A stretch of DNA of 58,946 bases, filler included, from Squatina squatina (GCA_031763465.1; 4 parts of 3 records of this genome joined end to end with filler, not necessarily neighbours in it); one strand, 5' to 3'; positions 1-12,986 are shown, counted from the whole stretch's first letter. The notes: a model not told the origin generated them from the letters alone. Numbers and translations: made by a program.

Positions 1-216
1 GCAGCGGGGCCTGTGAATCAGCAGCTAGTTCCTGTCAGAATCAGACCCATTCACAGCTTTCTCTTTTGCTTACATTCTGAAGACTGAACCCTTTCAGGTA
101 GGCAGCAGAGTTGAATGGGAATGGCCACCAGGCAGGTCTCAATAGCACACCCATTTCCTCTGTGTCTTCCTGCTGTGTCTCACAACTGATCCTTTTTTTT
201 TCTCTTCTTGTCACAG

Positions 217-288
217 ACAGGGGAGATGGAGGTCAAGAATCCACTTTTTGATGATTCGACTCTACATCATCCACCCCCCAGTAACTAG
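217..288 (+). CDS. NPDC1: NPDC1 terminal coding exon (TGEMEVKNPLFDDSTLHHPPPSN*)
   Basis: Polypyrimidine tract with AG at 215-216. Translation matches the recalled NPDC1 C-terminal motif TGEMEVRNPLFD. TAG at 286-288. Too short for the ORF track. Confidence 0.88.
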   Translation, partial: TGEMEVKNPLFDDSTLHHPPPSN

Positions 289-1164
289 GCAACCTGGTAT
301 TTCTCTGGACTATAGACTTCAAGAAGGGAGAATTATCTGCAGTCACAAGAGATCGTTCAACTGTGCGCCAGAGGAAAATCTGCATCTCCAATGGTCTCTT
401 TCATTCTGTTTCTGACTGGTGAGGGAATTCAGCCCCTACCCCAATCCCCACCCTGGTGGATACAGTAGATTCTGTAATGGTTGCTGCCTCCTTAACCCCA
501 AGTCCTACCTTACTGGCTCAAACACACACACGCATATTTTTACCTTTCTTGAGCTGACTTCCTGGGCAGTTTAAGAGGCAGTCACGGAGCGTTTCTTGGT
601 TCCCTAGGATCTTCTTGCTTCTGAAAGACATGGATAGTGATTGGAAGGAAAGGGATTAAGAAGGTGACCATTGAACGCTGTTGCTGCTCAGTGATTTGCA
701 TGCAGCGTGTTCTGTATGGGGCGTGTGTGCCGCAGACAAACCTGGTACATGGTTGCCAATGCAGCTAATTAGAAATAGCTTTCCCCACCCTCCTGGTTGT
801 GGTGTGGTGTGATGCAATTCTCAATCTGACCAGAAAGAAATCATTGTGAGACTGAGAGAAAGGGGATGACTGGAATGAAGTAGGGTTCATTGGCACAGTG
901 GTCGGGTGCAGTCGCTACGTAGGCTTACGACAGAANNNNNNNNNNNNNNNNNNNNNNNNNNNNNNNNNNNNNNNNNNNNNNNNNNNNNNNNNNNNNNNNN
1001 NNNNNNNNNNNNNNNNNNNNNNNNNNNNNNNNNNNCATTAGACCCTACGTTCTCCGACACTTCTGGAAGGTTATTTGTGTCCTCCTTTGTAAAAGTATGT
1101 ATTTAATTCTTCTGCGATTTCTTTGCTCCCCATTATAAATTCCCCTGAGAAAGCAAGAGGTGCA

Positions 1165-1767
1165 TGCTTACACCATCAGGAGTTTGTAAGTCACAAGAGA
1201 TTGAGAGATGAGGGGTAGTGGGATGTGAGAAGGATGATTAGGTATGAGCATACCGTCCTGGTCAATGGTTTCAGCACTATCGCTGGCCACAGCCTTAGTC
1301 ACAGCCACTTCATTTATGCCAAGCACTATTTCCTCAAGCAGGTCAGGATATGGAGGCGTGTCTGTCCCCCTCTGGTTAGCTGCCACTGCCTCCGGTCTGC
1401 AAGAGAGAGTGAAGTGTGGCAGTGTGTGCGGTTGAATGTGTTTGGCTGATGTGGCTGTCATGGTTGAATAACTAGCAGTGTGCACAAGCTGTGAGATGCA
1501 GGTGTGAGGCTTGCAGCAATGGTAAGTGTATGAGGGTGAGATGGAGCATATAAATGTGAGGTATGAGTCATGATTGATAGAGATTGTTGGCAGGTGAGTC
1601 ACGGAAGTATGGTGAATTGAGCAGTATGTGAGGCTAGTGGTGCAGTTGGTGGGATATGCCGTTTGAAGATGCAGTCACTGACTTTGACCACTCTGATAAA
1701 GTCATTGAACTTCTTCCGGCACTGAATCCAGGTCCTCACAGCAACGCTGCTTACATTGACCACCATG
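1165..1767 (-). mobile_element. Degenerate PIF/Harbinger-type element fragment (Myb/SANT-like gene with intron)
   Basis: Minus-strand translation RTWIQCRKKFNDFIRVVK followed by GT. Downstream exon has LEEIVLGINEVAVTKAVAS. DNA aligns by eye with the copy at 2345-2900. Confidence 0.65.
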
Positions 1768-1867
1768 NNNNNNNNNNNNNNNNNNNNNNNNNNNNNNNNN
1801 NNNNNNNNNNNNNNNNNNNNNNNNNNNNNNNNNNNNNNNNNNNNNNNNNNNNNNNNNNNNNNNNNNN

Positions 1868-2340
1868 GGCATATCTTCCACATACATGAGTGGACTCTCA
1901 CTCACACAGCTTTCTTTCTTTTGCAGGCCAAACTGGCAGAAAACAGGACAGAGCAGCAACAGACTGGGGGAGGGGAAGCTGAGCTCACACCCCTCTCCGA
2001 CCTGGAGGAGAGAGTGCTGCGGCTCATTGGCCCGCATGTGGTGGACTCTGTGGCCGCCGGAGACATCCAGCCCACAGGGGGCAACAATGGTATTTGCATG
2101 CCCTCTTCTCATCTCACTTTCCCGTTAAAGCGTAAGACCTTACAATTTTGCAGCTGCTCATTCTGCCTGCCCTCATTGATCCATTCCTGCCCCCTGCCGT
2201 AAACGTAATGCGACTCTTGTTCCATTTATGCTTTCAGATATTTATCCACCGGAATACCCATTCTGTGCCTCAGCCCCTGGAAGCCAGTGAGGAGGGAAAA
2301 GAACATGGGGAGGAGTGGGGGAGGAGGACGAGGAGCCCAG
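1868..2340 (+). mobile_element. PIF/Harbinger-type Myb/SANT gene fragment, opposite orientation
   Basis: AG/GT-bounded exon at about 1928-2089 encodes AKLAENRTEQQQTGGGEAELTPLSDLEERVLRLIG, the TGGG motif typical of Harbinger-associated Myb/SANT (NAIF1/MSANTD-like) proteins. Confidence 0.65.
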
Positions 2341-2344
2341 CACT

Positions 2345-3310
2345 GTGAATCCATCAATGGATTCAGCCCCACCGCTGGCCACAGCCTCTGCAATGGGCCT
2401 TCCAATAATGGCCAGCACCATCTCCTCCAAGGGATTAGAGCATGCAGGCATGCCTCTCTCCTTCTGCTAAGTTTCTGCTGCCTTCGGTTGTGCATCACCT
2501 TCTCCCGCAAGAGAGAAGGAAGTGTGTCACTGAGTGTCCTGCAATATGTTTGGCTGATGTGGCTGTCGTGGTTGAATAGTTGGCACTGTATGCAAGCTGT
2601 GAGATGTGGGTGTAAGGCTTGCAACAGTGCTAAGTATGTGAGGGTGAGATGAAGCCCATGAATGTTAGTCATGAGTCCTGATTGATAGTGATTGGTAGGT
2701 GAGTGATGGAGGCATGGTGCATTAAGCAGTGGCTGAGGCTAGTGGTTGGAATGTGCATTTGAAGATGCTTTTACTAACCTTGACCACTCCTGTGAGGTCA
2801 AACTTCTTGTGGCACTGCAACCAGGTCCTTGCGGCTGCACTCCTGGCATTGACCTTCACGGCTATCTGCTCCCACTGCCTTTTCACTGTGTGTCTGGAGG
2901 GCCTCCTGGCCCCCTGCGGATACAGGGTGTCTCTCCTCCTTTCCATCTCCTCCACCACGGTCTCNNNNNNNNNNCAGCCCATGTTCAGCCATTCTTCTCT
3001 TTTTTGTAGGTCAGATTCAGCTCACAAAGGACTCCTAGCACCTGCTCCAGCCACAATGCACCTCTCCTTTAAGAGGCTAGCTTCAAGCAGTGCAGGTTAG
3101 CTTTAAGTAGTACAAGCAAATAATGATTTTGCGCCCCCTGCTGATGCATGCAGCCAATCAACAGCACGGTTAGCTCTGGCTGCATGCAGAAATCATGATA
3201 ATGAGCAGGCGGCACAAAGATGCCGTACTGCCTGCATTACATCAAATGGGCGCTGAGTAATCGTGCATCATGATCTCCGTGCCTGTTTTCGGGTCCTAAC
3301 CAATTTAGCC
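2345..3310 (-). mobile_element. Degenerate PIF/Harbinger-type element fragment (Myb/SANT domain)
   Basis: ORF 2722-2982: VEEMERRRDTLY...QWEQIAVKVNARSAAARTWLQCHKKF, a Myb/SANT-like trihelix pattern. Homologous to 1165-1767, with indels. Confidence 0.7.
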
Positions 3311-3668
3311 TGCACTGATTTTTTAAATGTGATTGGTATGACATTTACCAGTATCTAAATGGCAGTGCGGATCCTGCTCCAACCAGGATGTCACCCTGGA
3401 AATCAAATACATCTTCACCATATAGACATACTTTCCATTAGGGACAAAGATGTTTGAACTTCAGAAAGACTGAAGAAGCGAACTTGAGAGTGTATACAAA
3501 AGACAGTGACCCTGAATTTACTGATATCCTGCCATAACTTCAGTGAGAGAGTGGCGAAACCCAGAGANNNNNNNNNNNNNNNNNNNNNNNNNNNNNNNNN
3601 NNNNNNNNNNNNNNNNNNNNNNNNNNNNNNNNNNNNNNNNNNNNNNNNNNNNNNNNNNNNNNNNNNNC

Positions 3669-4277
3669 CCAGAAAGACCTCCTGTCTTGCCTTTTGGCAA
3701 TGGGGTTCTTCAAGATGTAAGCGCCCAGTTTTACAAGCCTGGTTACAGTGGCATCTCGCCCCAGTATCTCTTCCCTTTCCCACCTCTCAAAGGAGAATAT
3801 GGCCATCCAGAGGTTCCGTTAGGAGACCCTGGCTACTGGTATCCATTCACTGGCACTGAGCCACCACCCCATGGCCATCAGAGCGGGCATGCTTCTCCAC
3901 TGGCTGCTCCCGCAGGATTACTCAACAGATCGGAGATCAAAACGGAGAAGGAGAGCAAAGGCTTCCCGCAGGAGGCGAGGTACAGCACCCCGACTGCCCC
4001 GGCCCCTTCGTACAACCACCGCTGGACCACCGCCACCGCCTTCTGGCAGCCGGCTGTGGCCGCCGCCACCGTGCCGACCAACCCCAGCACCACCTCCTCC
4101 TCCTCTTCTCCTGCCCCGCTCCCCAGCCAGCCCTACCCCGGGCTCGGCGCCTTCCCCTCGCCCCCACAGGTGTACCCCAGCCCCTCGCAGCAGAGCGACA
4201 GCAGCCAGCCTGCCCAGTCCAACACTGGCTCCACCGGTACAGCCAGCGAGGAGGGACAGTCCAGCGACAGCGAGGAG
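3669..4277 (+). CDS. POU5F3: Class V POU factor, exon 1 (5'-truncated by gap), N-terminal transactivation region
   Basis: Motifs GVLQD..FYKPGYSGISPQYLFPF, WYPF, SEIKTEK, FWQP and SSDSEE resemble recalled fish Pou5f3/Pou2. Phase-0 GT donor at 4278. Lies between NPDC1 and ABCA2. Confidence 0.88.
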
Positions 4278-4499
4278 GTAGCTCTTTCACTCCAGGCTTC
4301 TGTGTGTAACGCATCATTTTTTGTGTTTTTGAGCGAAAGTCCAGCTTTGCTTGGGAGGCTTNNNNNNNNNNNNNNNNNNNNNNNNNNNNNNNNNNNNNNN
4401 NNNNNNNNNNNNNNNNNNNNNNNNNNNNNNNNNNNNNNNNNNNNNNNNNNNNNNNNNNNNNGTGCCTGACTAAATCTAAATGCTTCCATCTTTCGGTAG

Positions 4500-4745
4500 G
4501 TGATCAGAGTTTGGTTTTGCAATAGAAGACAGAAGGGGAAGAGGATGACCCTACCTTGTATGGAAGAGAATGATGTACAAATCCATGAGGGGAGCCCACT
4601 TCACATGTCTCCCAGTGCCCTGATGCTACCTGAGCCCACAGTTACCCAAGGATACAGTGCAGCTATGGTGCCACCTCCCATGTATATGTCTCCCTTCCCT
4701 CAAGCTTTGCACCCTGCTGTCTCCATGGGCAATCACAACAGTTAG
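4500..4745 (+). CDS. POU5F3: Class V POU factor, last exon (homeodomain helix 3 and C-terminal domain)
   Basis: AG at 4498-4499, then VIRVWFCNRRQKGKR (class V homeodomain end) to TAG. Middle exons are absent, presumably in gap 4362-4461. Confidence 0.92.
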   Translation: MIRVWFCNRRQKGKRMTLPCMEENDVQIHEGSPLHMSPSALMLPEPTVTQGYSAAMVPPPMYMSPFPQALHPAVSMGNHNS

Positions 4746-7499
4746 AGGATCAGCTGTTTTGTTTCTATTGACCCGAGTGCAAGGACTCCTGACTCTATAA
4801 TGGCACAAGTTGGTAGAACATGGCTGAGTGTTGTCTCTAAACTACCTCAGGTTTTGGAAGTAGATGAGGGTTTTATCTGACACTAAATCTCAACTTTGCC
4901 TCCTTTTCTTTCTCTCTCAAAATTCCTCCTCTTCCTTTCCCCAATTCTAGGATTATAAATGGGATTGGACACTTGGCCCATTTTTTCTTTTTTATTAAAA
5001 AAAATTATTTAATGGGAATTTTCTAACTTATTGAAATGGCTCATAGCTTTAATGTACNNNNNNNNNNNNNNNNNNNNNNNNNNNNNNNNNNNNNNNNNNN
5101 NNNNNNNNNNNNNNNNNNNNNNNNNNNNNNNNNNNNNNNNNNNNNNNNNNNNNNNNNCGTATGGACATTGTTTGGGGGAGGGAGGGGAATAGGTTTGATC
5201 AGAGATGATCAGTGGGAGCTGGGGTGTAACCGGTGGTGATGTGAGGGAGGTGGGGTGGTGTGATGGGAGTAATTGGATGCTGAATGACAGCCTGGTATCT
5301 GGATGATGGTCACTTTTCAGACTGGAAAGAATTAACCACGAACTCTCTTTCTCTCTGTGCTTTTGCTCGATGAGGTGTTGAACGTTTGCAGAATCAGTAG
5401 CGAAATAAAAATATTGGGGGGGGCAGGGGATGTTCTGTGCTGCCGATTTCCACATGGTGTCCGTATTGTGTTTTCAGAGCCAGCCTAGTGTGTAGCTTTA
5501 TTTCTGAAACTTATCGCAGGGGTCAGGTGAGGCAACGCTATTCTCTTCAACCCGCTTTTACTGAAGTGCTCAGTGCTGCATTGACAGATTACTGGTGGGT
5601 CAGTGGTAAATACCACATTGGCAATGTTTAACAAATCATAGAAAATAAAGCCAGATGTTACCGCGTGATGTTGGTCTACATAATATCTCTGTCTAGTAAT
5701 GTATTTAATCCCATTGGCATGGCAGTAACGTGGAGAATACAAGCTCAAAGATCGTTCTTACTGCAAAAAATCGGGGATGAATTAATTCCCGCAATGAGTG
5801 CTAACTCTCTTGCTGAAAATCCCAATCATTTCCTGCAGCAGGACGGTTGCAAGTTTGGAGTCGTTCAGCGGCTTTGGTGCCCCCGTGGGTGTGTCTATTG
5901 CAGTACTGTCGAGTGACTTCTCTCTCCGCCCCTCTGGTGTAATTCTAGGAACTCGCCGGAGCGCGGACAGAGGATTCAAACTCTTGTGATTCTACACTCT
6001 GTTTTGATGGCTTTTGAGTTGTTCTGCTGCTGCTATCGGCTGTTAAAGCACATCTGATCACCTCATCCTGTAACAGGAAGGTGGCAGTTTTTTTTAAAAA
6101 AAGTTCCTGCTCCATTGGATTTATTTGCGGAGAAAATAAACGATCCCAATTTTGTTGTGATAGACCCCTCGAAATCACAGAGACTCTGCAGTAATTGACT
6201 GCTGGAGATTGGTATTTCTGATGGGGACAGTGCAATTTGTTTCAGCTGGATGTATTTGTAGCTCCAGACAGAATGAATTGTGAAGATATACAGTATTCCT
6301 TAAACAACCAAATCCTTATTAGAGAGAAGCACCATTAAACTGTCATTCNNNNNNNNNNNNNNNNNNNNNNNNNNNNNNNNNNNNNNNNNNNNNNNNNNNN
6401 NNNNNNNNNNNNNNNNNNNNNNNNNNNNNNNNNNNNNNNNNNNNNNNNCAGAGATTTTTTTCCCCCCAAATTGGCCTGTATTTTTAAAATCTTTTTTTTG
6501 CCTCTCCCAGGAGATCACGTGGTTTCCGGTGGGTGGAGTGTAGATGTTGTGATACACAAGGTACTGCAATTGTGTGGGACAGACTCGATGGACCAGATGG
6601 TCTTTACCTGTCCGTCATTGTTCGTAGGGCGAAGTACTGGTGGGCTACTGGCAATGGGAGCAATTTAAGATAAGTAAAAGTTGGTGTGTGATTTTTTTTC
6701 AATAGTGCACTGATACTAAATAAACCTACATCAATCTGTGTTTTCAGTGAGGTTTGTTTTCCACAGATTATATCTCCAGGGCCCAGGTTTCTGTGGTTGC
6801 TTCAGATCAGTACTTTCCTGTTGGATGTGTGAAGAGTTTCCTTGGCAACAGCAGAAATGGGCTGGTTGGGACAGCTCCTACGTCAGACACTTGCACTGTA
6901 AGTGTAGGGGCTTGTCTTGTGACAGTCCATCCCTGAGCTAAGCTAAGCTCTTCTTGGCATAAATCAGGGTAGGGGTGAAAGACTGCATTGCAGACGTGAG
7001 CAGATTATACTGAAGGTGCAATGCTCCGCAATACCAAAATAGGATTTGAAATTCTCAGACTCTATTAATTGTGTGACAAAAATGTAATATTAATGAGCCC
7101 CACAATTCCATTTTTGGTCATGAGTTCTATCCAATGAATAAAAAGGCAATTGCAGGGTTATTAACGTAACTACAGTTTTTATCGCAGATCTGCACATGAA
7201 TTTTGAAAGCAAAATGTTGCAATAGTCCCATTACTGTATATTGTAATCAGTGAGTTATTTTTCGACTGATGGTTGAACCTTATTACTCAGCCCTGCAGTG
7301 ATTACATAGTCATGCCTCAATGATCTGTTGGCTGAGAACCTTCAAAAACAGCAGATATGTTCCCAAAACTGGATGACCTTGTGCCCCACAAAATACAACA
7401 CTAGAGTCATTTAAAAACCGTTACATAATCTCGAAGACCAGATGTCTCTCTTCAAGTCAGTGGACCTTTGTTTGGTGCGCTTTAACATCTGAGACCTTT

Positions 7500-7708
7500 G
7501 GGTGTGTTTAGACTACGCTTGCTGTATCTGTGAAACGGTTCTCGCTTAACATTAATCTTATAGTTATGATTTAAATGCACCGGAGTGAGACTTCCTGGAA
7601 GAACCAGTTTAGACCTTAATATCTGATTTACACAATGCACACTTAGCATTGGTGCAAAGCTGCGAACTCTTTGCACTGAGTCTAAAACTTAAGTGTGTAA
7701 ATGGACCC
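7500..7708. mobile_element. Putative non-autonomous Harbinger-like MITE
   Basis: Imperfect terminal inverted repeats GGGTGTGTTTAGAC and GTGTAAATGGACCC, followed by TTA. Internal hairpin GGTGCAAAG...CTTTGCACT. Confidence 0.45.
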
Positions 7709-7870
7709 TTAGATTAAATTGTTGCCTTATCATCACCCCTAGCTACTTTTGAATTCTGAGACACATTAGCTATGGAACTCCAGAAAACTGCTAGGAAATA
7801 TCATCTGTTTCTAGCCAAGATAGTTATGAGAAATCCTAACTTGGTTGCGGTGGTAAGGGTAAGGGTTTAG

Positions 7871-8537
7871 ACCTTGGTGTTCTATTTGACCCTGTGCTGA
7901 GCTTCCGACCCCATATCATCTCCATCACCAAGACTGCCTATGTCCACCTCCGTAACATCCTCCTTCTTCGCCTCTGCCCAAGCTCACCTGCTGCCGAAAC
8001 CCTCATCCATACCATTGTAGCTTCAGGACATGACTACTCCAATGCTCTCCTGGCTGGCCTGCCACCTTCCATAAATTTGCTCATCCAAAACTCTGTTGTC
8101 CGTATCCTAACTCTCAACATGTCCCGCTCACCCATCACCCGTGCTTGCTGACATACATTGGCCCCCAGTCCACCAATGCTTTGATATAAAAATTCTCATC
8201 CTCGTGTTTAAATCCCTCCATGGCCTTACCCCTCCTAATTTCTGTAACCCCCTCCAGCCCCACAACTCTGAGAGCTCTGTGTCCCTCCAATTCTGGTCTA
8301 GCATTGTTGGCCATGCCATCAGCACTCTAGGCCCTAAGCTTTGGGATACCCTTCCTAAACTTCACCTCCTTGAACAGCCTCCTTAAAACCTACCTCTTTG
8401 ACCAAGTTTTGGTCACATTTCCTAATGTCTCCTCCTTTGGCTCAGTGTCAATTTTTGTCTGATTACGCTCCCGTGAAGCATCTTGGAACACTTTACTACA
8501 TTCAAAGCGCTATATAAATACAAATTGTTGTTGTTGT
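7871..8537 (+). mobile_element. L2-clade LINE 3' fragment
   Basis: Frameshifted ORF2 end (HLRNI, AETLIH, DYSNALLAGLP, SPITPVLADIHW, KILILVFKSLHGL) and tail GCGCTATATAAATACAAAT(TGT)n. Confidence 0.85.
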
Positions 8538-8539
8538 AC

Positions 8540-8822
8540 CGTGAGTTGTTGCAGTTCATCTGTAGACCACACATGCTGCAGCCAGTGTGTTGCTGATGGG
8601 AGTGGATATAGAATCCAGGAGCAGGGGCAGCAATCAGGGAAACTACTCTGACATCGGTAGTGCGAGCTTCATGAGTGTTGTTGCGGCTGCACCCTTCAGG
8701 CGAGTGGTTGGTATTCCACAAGACTCCTAATTTCAACTTTGTGGATGTTGGAGAGGCTTTGAGGGATCAAGAGGTGAGCCACTCATCACAAAGTAGTCAG
8801 CCTCCACCCTCCTCTATTCTTG
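8540..8822 (-). mobile_element. Degenerate CR1-like LINE ORF2 fragment
   Basis: Reverse strand resembles a decayed post-RT region (VAHLLIPQSLSNIHK...EY.PLA...AAATTL). Confidence 0.5.
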
Positions 8823-8922
8823 NNNNNNNNNNNNNNNNNNNNNNNNNNNNNNNNNNNNNNNNNNNNNNNNNNNNNNNNNNNNNNNNNNNNNNNNNNNNNN
8901 NNNNNNNNNNNNNNNNNNNNNN

Positions 8923-9205
8923 TACCCTCTCCCCAGAGCTCTGTATCAAATATTTATACAATTTTCCCTTAAAATGTGCAATGGTCCCTGGCTTAACTAC
9001 TCTCTGTGGTAAAACATTAATTGTTCCAACAGCCCTCTGTGTTAATACATTTCTCTTAATCTTTCTCCTCACTCTCTTACTGACAGTTGTAAACTGATGG
9101 CCCCTTCTCACTGACTTCCTTAAGCAGAGGAAATAGTCTTTCTTTATTCATTCTGTCAAAGCCCTTTCTAATTTGAAACCTCTATTAAATCCCCTCTTTG
9201 CCTGC
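8923..9205 (-). mobile_element. CR1 LINE 3' fragment
   Basis: Minus translation RGHQF...KRNVLTQRAVGTINVLPQRVV...IAHFKGKL, the CR1 ORF2 C-terminus. Confidence 0.7.
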
Positions 9206-11476
9206 TCAAGCTTCCCAGTCAAACAAAACAATTTCTCTTGCTTCAAGGGAGAAATGCTGCCAGTTAAATCAAAGAAATAAATAAATAAAACTGATTGGAT
9301 CTTTTGTTGAAAAACGCAATCTGATCTCCAAACAAGACAAGTGGTTCAAACATGACTAAAAATGCACTGATAAGCAATCACACTGTTTACTAGGCATCTT
9401 GAGAGAGTTAATCTGCAATCACCTATCAGGAGATTTTAGATGCTCTGCATTTTACCTAGACAATTCTACAGTCAAAAATAACTGCGCTATTAGTGAAGGG
9501 AGGTGAATGTCCAGACTACAGGTCCCTTCCATGTTTTAACGATTACCGCTCATTGATCTGAAAACCCTATAATGGCTGAATACACTACAATAAATAATAC
9601 TAATGGTAAGACAGCAGTTTTGAATGGCAGAGACATGTGTAAGAATTTCTTACTTCATTTTCTTCTTCTGTTATTAATGTACGTACCTTTTTATTTGTTT
9701 CATTGAGACATTGTGTCTCTGTCTGTGTTAAGGTGCTGGGATGTAGTAGGTTTAAGGGATGGAGATAATCTAACGTTTGCAAATGCACTAATTTTCAGTT
9801 GATACCTTTTCCATTTAATTCTCCATTTCCTAAAAATTGAGAGGTGCACAAAATACTCCTTCTAATGGACTTACGAGAATTTGTATACATTTTCCAAATC
9901 CTTCCAGGTATGAGGTCAAAAGCATCATATGGTGAAATCAATAACGACATGAAAATCAATGGAACAAATTATTTCAAGCACTGTTGATTCCCTAGATCTG
10001 AGATCATCCTTCGGGTACTTTCACAAGAAGATATTTGATATTTAGTTATTTGTCAATGTTGATCTCGGCAGGCACTAGCTGAAAAAGAGCAGATTAAATC
10101 TTTCAAGGAATGCTCATTGGGCAAGTAGTTCAATCAGGACTATCNNNNNNNNNNNNNNNNNNNNNNNNNNNNNNNNNNNNNNNNNNNNNNNNNNNNNNNN
10201 NNNNNNNNNNNNNNNNNNNNNNNNNNNNNNNNNNNNNNNNNNNNNNNNNNNNNNNNNNNNNNNNNNNNNNNNNNNNNNNNNNNNNNNNNNNNNNNNNNNN
10301 NNNNNNNNNNNNNNNNNNNNNNNNNNNNNNNNNNNNNNNNNNNNNNNNNNNNNNNNNNNNNNNNNNNNNNNNNNNNNNNNNNNNNNNNNNNNNNNNNNNN
10401 NNNNNNNNNNNNNNNNNNNNNNNNNNNNNNNNNNNNNNNNNNNNNNNNNNNNNNNNNNNNNNNNNNNNNNNNNNNNNNNNNNNNNNNNNNNNNNNNNNNN
10501 NNNNNNNNNNNNNNNNNNNNNNNNNNNNNNNNNNNNNNNNNNNNNNNNNNNNNNNNNNNNNNNNNNNNNNNNNNNNNNNNNNNNNNNNNNNNNNNNNNNN
10601 NNNNNNNNNNNNNNNNNNNNNNNNNNNNNNNNNNNNNNNNNNNNNNNNNNNNNNNNNNNNNNNNNNNNNNNNNNNNNNNNNNNNNNNNNNNNNNNNNNNN
10701 NNNNNNNNNNNNNNNNNNNNTATCTATGATGCCAACAAATGCTGCATTTGTTGCTTGTGTCCCTTGAAAGGCCAGTTTCTGGTGATTTTTGTGGTGCAGT
10801 GAGGGCACATCAGCTTCACGGGTAATACATTTCCAGCAGATAACCATTGTAAGTGTGCATTAGGTGAGATCATTTTACTATAGATCCTGATTCACCATTG
10901 AGGATCTAGAGGGTTTCGGGTATTCGTCACGTGATAATGCACCTGGCAACTGAAACCCATTTATAAAGGAATTGGAGAAGAGATGCTCATTAGTGCTGAC
11001 TTCTTGGACAATGTTGTGTCTTCTTGTGAAAGCTTCCTATTGTCCTTATGTTTACCTCTAATGTGGAAACTTGTTGAATAAAAAATTCCAATTATTTTTT
11101 AGACAAGGAGTGACTCAGCAAATCATTAGCATGATGAATATTGGGCAAAACTAACCATCATTTACTGTATGAGACACTAGGCTGGGAATTCATGACTTTA
11201 TGTTGTGCGATCATCTCAATTCTTGACCCTGGTTCATAACCCTTTCTTGCTAAAACCAAGAAAAATGTAAATACTTCGCCAAGAAATACCACCTTGACCT
11301 TTTGACCTCTGACCTGTACTTTTTGGCCTGTAGTGGGTTTTATTAATTGCATGAGGAAAGTGACCTTACTCTGCTATCGCTTTAACTGCTCTTTGAACTG
11401 TACCCTTCCTCCCCCCCCCCCACCCCCCCCCTGCCCTTTCCTTTCTCCTGTCTGTTTTACTGTTCTCTCCCTTCAG

Positions 11477-11486
11477 CATTCTACAC
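11477..11486 (+). CDS. ABCA2: ABCA2 exon start, (A)FYT, cut by gap
   Basis: Long polypyrimidine tract and CAG, then CATTCTACAC = (G)CA TTC TAC AC. Matches the AFYTAAPLTS exon expected just before the VTQLLER exon. Only 10 nt visible. Confidence 0.6.
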
Positions 11487-12410
11487 NNNNNNNNNNNNNN
11501 NNNNNNNNNNNNNNNNNNNNNNNNNNNNNNNNNNNNNNNNNNNNNNNNNNNNNNNNNNNNNNNNNNNNNNNNNNNNNNNNNNNNNNGCTATATAAATGCA
11601 AGTCTTTCTTTAATTTTACTTGAGGAATTCATTGAACTTAAGTTACATTTAGCTGGTTTGCATTCTTCGGTGATCATCATGTCTTGGTTCTCCTCTCGGT
11701 TCCACGTAAAATATCTCCTTAATAAGCCGTATTGATTCCCATTATTATTTTAGAAACTCTCTATTTTGACTTTTTTGGGGGGAATTGACCGACTTCGCTT
11801 CAGCACCCCTGAAAACTCAGTGATGCAAGGGTCCAAAAGAAGACCCATGAAAGCTGACTGCGGCGTTGACAATAGGATTGCTGACCTGGACTACAAATCC
11901 CCAGGTTGAGTCATTGAGCCTGCCAGCTATCCACACTCTCCTGATATGCGTTCAGCAGAAATTGTTCCCCCCATTCAGTCACTATTCATCATCCTGGTGT
12001 TTAAACCACGCCTTGTTTCTCTGCTCTCTTTGTAGCTTTGAAAAATTATTGGAGCCAGGTTCCAAGTGCAGTGGAAAACTTCATTCTGATTGACACAGTG
12101 ATAGGTACTTGGGTGGCATCCCATCACATCTGATTCCATTTCATAATTTCCTGGGTTAACGACCTGAAGTTTAGTTTGAATATACGATGACGTGGCAGTC
12201 TGAATGCCGTATATTCAAATGTGAAATGAGCTGAAATTTATTTTTCTGTGAGTGAAGGAGCAATGGGCGTACAAGGAACTATTCTTAAAGGCAGTAAAAC
12301 TGGTGTTGCTGTGTGAGGGTTAAGTAGTGGGTCAATGTGCATTGGAGTTAGTGTCCCATGTAATGGCTACTAATTTGTGAATTTTCACTGTGACTGCTGT
12401 TTCTTTGAAG

Positions 12411-12574
12411 GGTCACACAGCTTCTCGAGCGAATCAATGAGGTCGTGGAAGAGAGCAACCTGTTCGATCCTGATCGCCCAGGTCTTGAAGAAGAGCTGGA
12501 ATCGCTACGGCGTCATCTGGAATCAATGAACAATGATCCACGCTCAGTAGAGAACCACTTCAATAGCAGTCACG
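12411..12574 (+). CDS. ABCA2: ABCA2 internal exon (extracellular domain 1)
   Basis: AG/GT-bounded. VTQLLERINEVVEESNLFDPDRPGLEEELESLRRHLE matches recalled human [37 protein letters not shown]. Confidence 0.92.
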
Positions 12575-12986
12575 GTAAAGAGCACTTATTTCGGGTCCAT
12601 CCCTTAGGTGCCCAAAATGAAAGTTGTAGTGGGGTGGAAGATGCAATCAAGCAAAGTCACACGCTACAATTAAAATTGTGAGACCGCATTGATTTAGGAC
12701 CCCTGGGGAAAAACATTGAAGAAATGTGTTGGCAAAATATAATGTCACCTGCACGTAAACAAACTTGCACATCTTGGATATCTGTAAGTCATTATTTTTA
12801 GCTTAAAATCTTATAATCCTTTCCTTGCACATGTGAATGAGTATGCTTTTTTGTTACTTTAAGAACCAAAGCAGGTCAACACAGAGNNNNNNNNNNNNNN
12901 NNNNNNNNNNNNNNNNNNNNNNNNNNNNNNNNNNNNNNNNNNNNNNNNNNNNNNNNNNNNNNNNNNNNNNNNNNNNNNNNNNNNNN

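Noticed and set aside
3669-4745. POU5 gene lacking its POU-specific domain, or a retrocopy
   Set aside because: Both exons have splice sites and a 100-N placeholder gap lies between them, so the missing exons are simply unassembled.
3669-4745. Assignment as POU5F1 (Oct4)
   Set aside because: The downstream neighbour is ABCA2 rather than TCF19, and N-terminal motifs resemble Pou2/Pou5f3.
5640-6000. FUT7 remnant or ABCA2 first exon in a CpG-containing block
   Set aside because: No frame matches fucosyltransferase motifs or the MGFLHQLQLLLWKN start.
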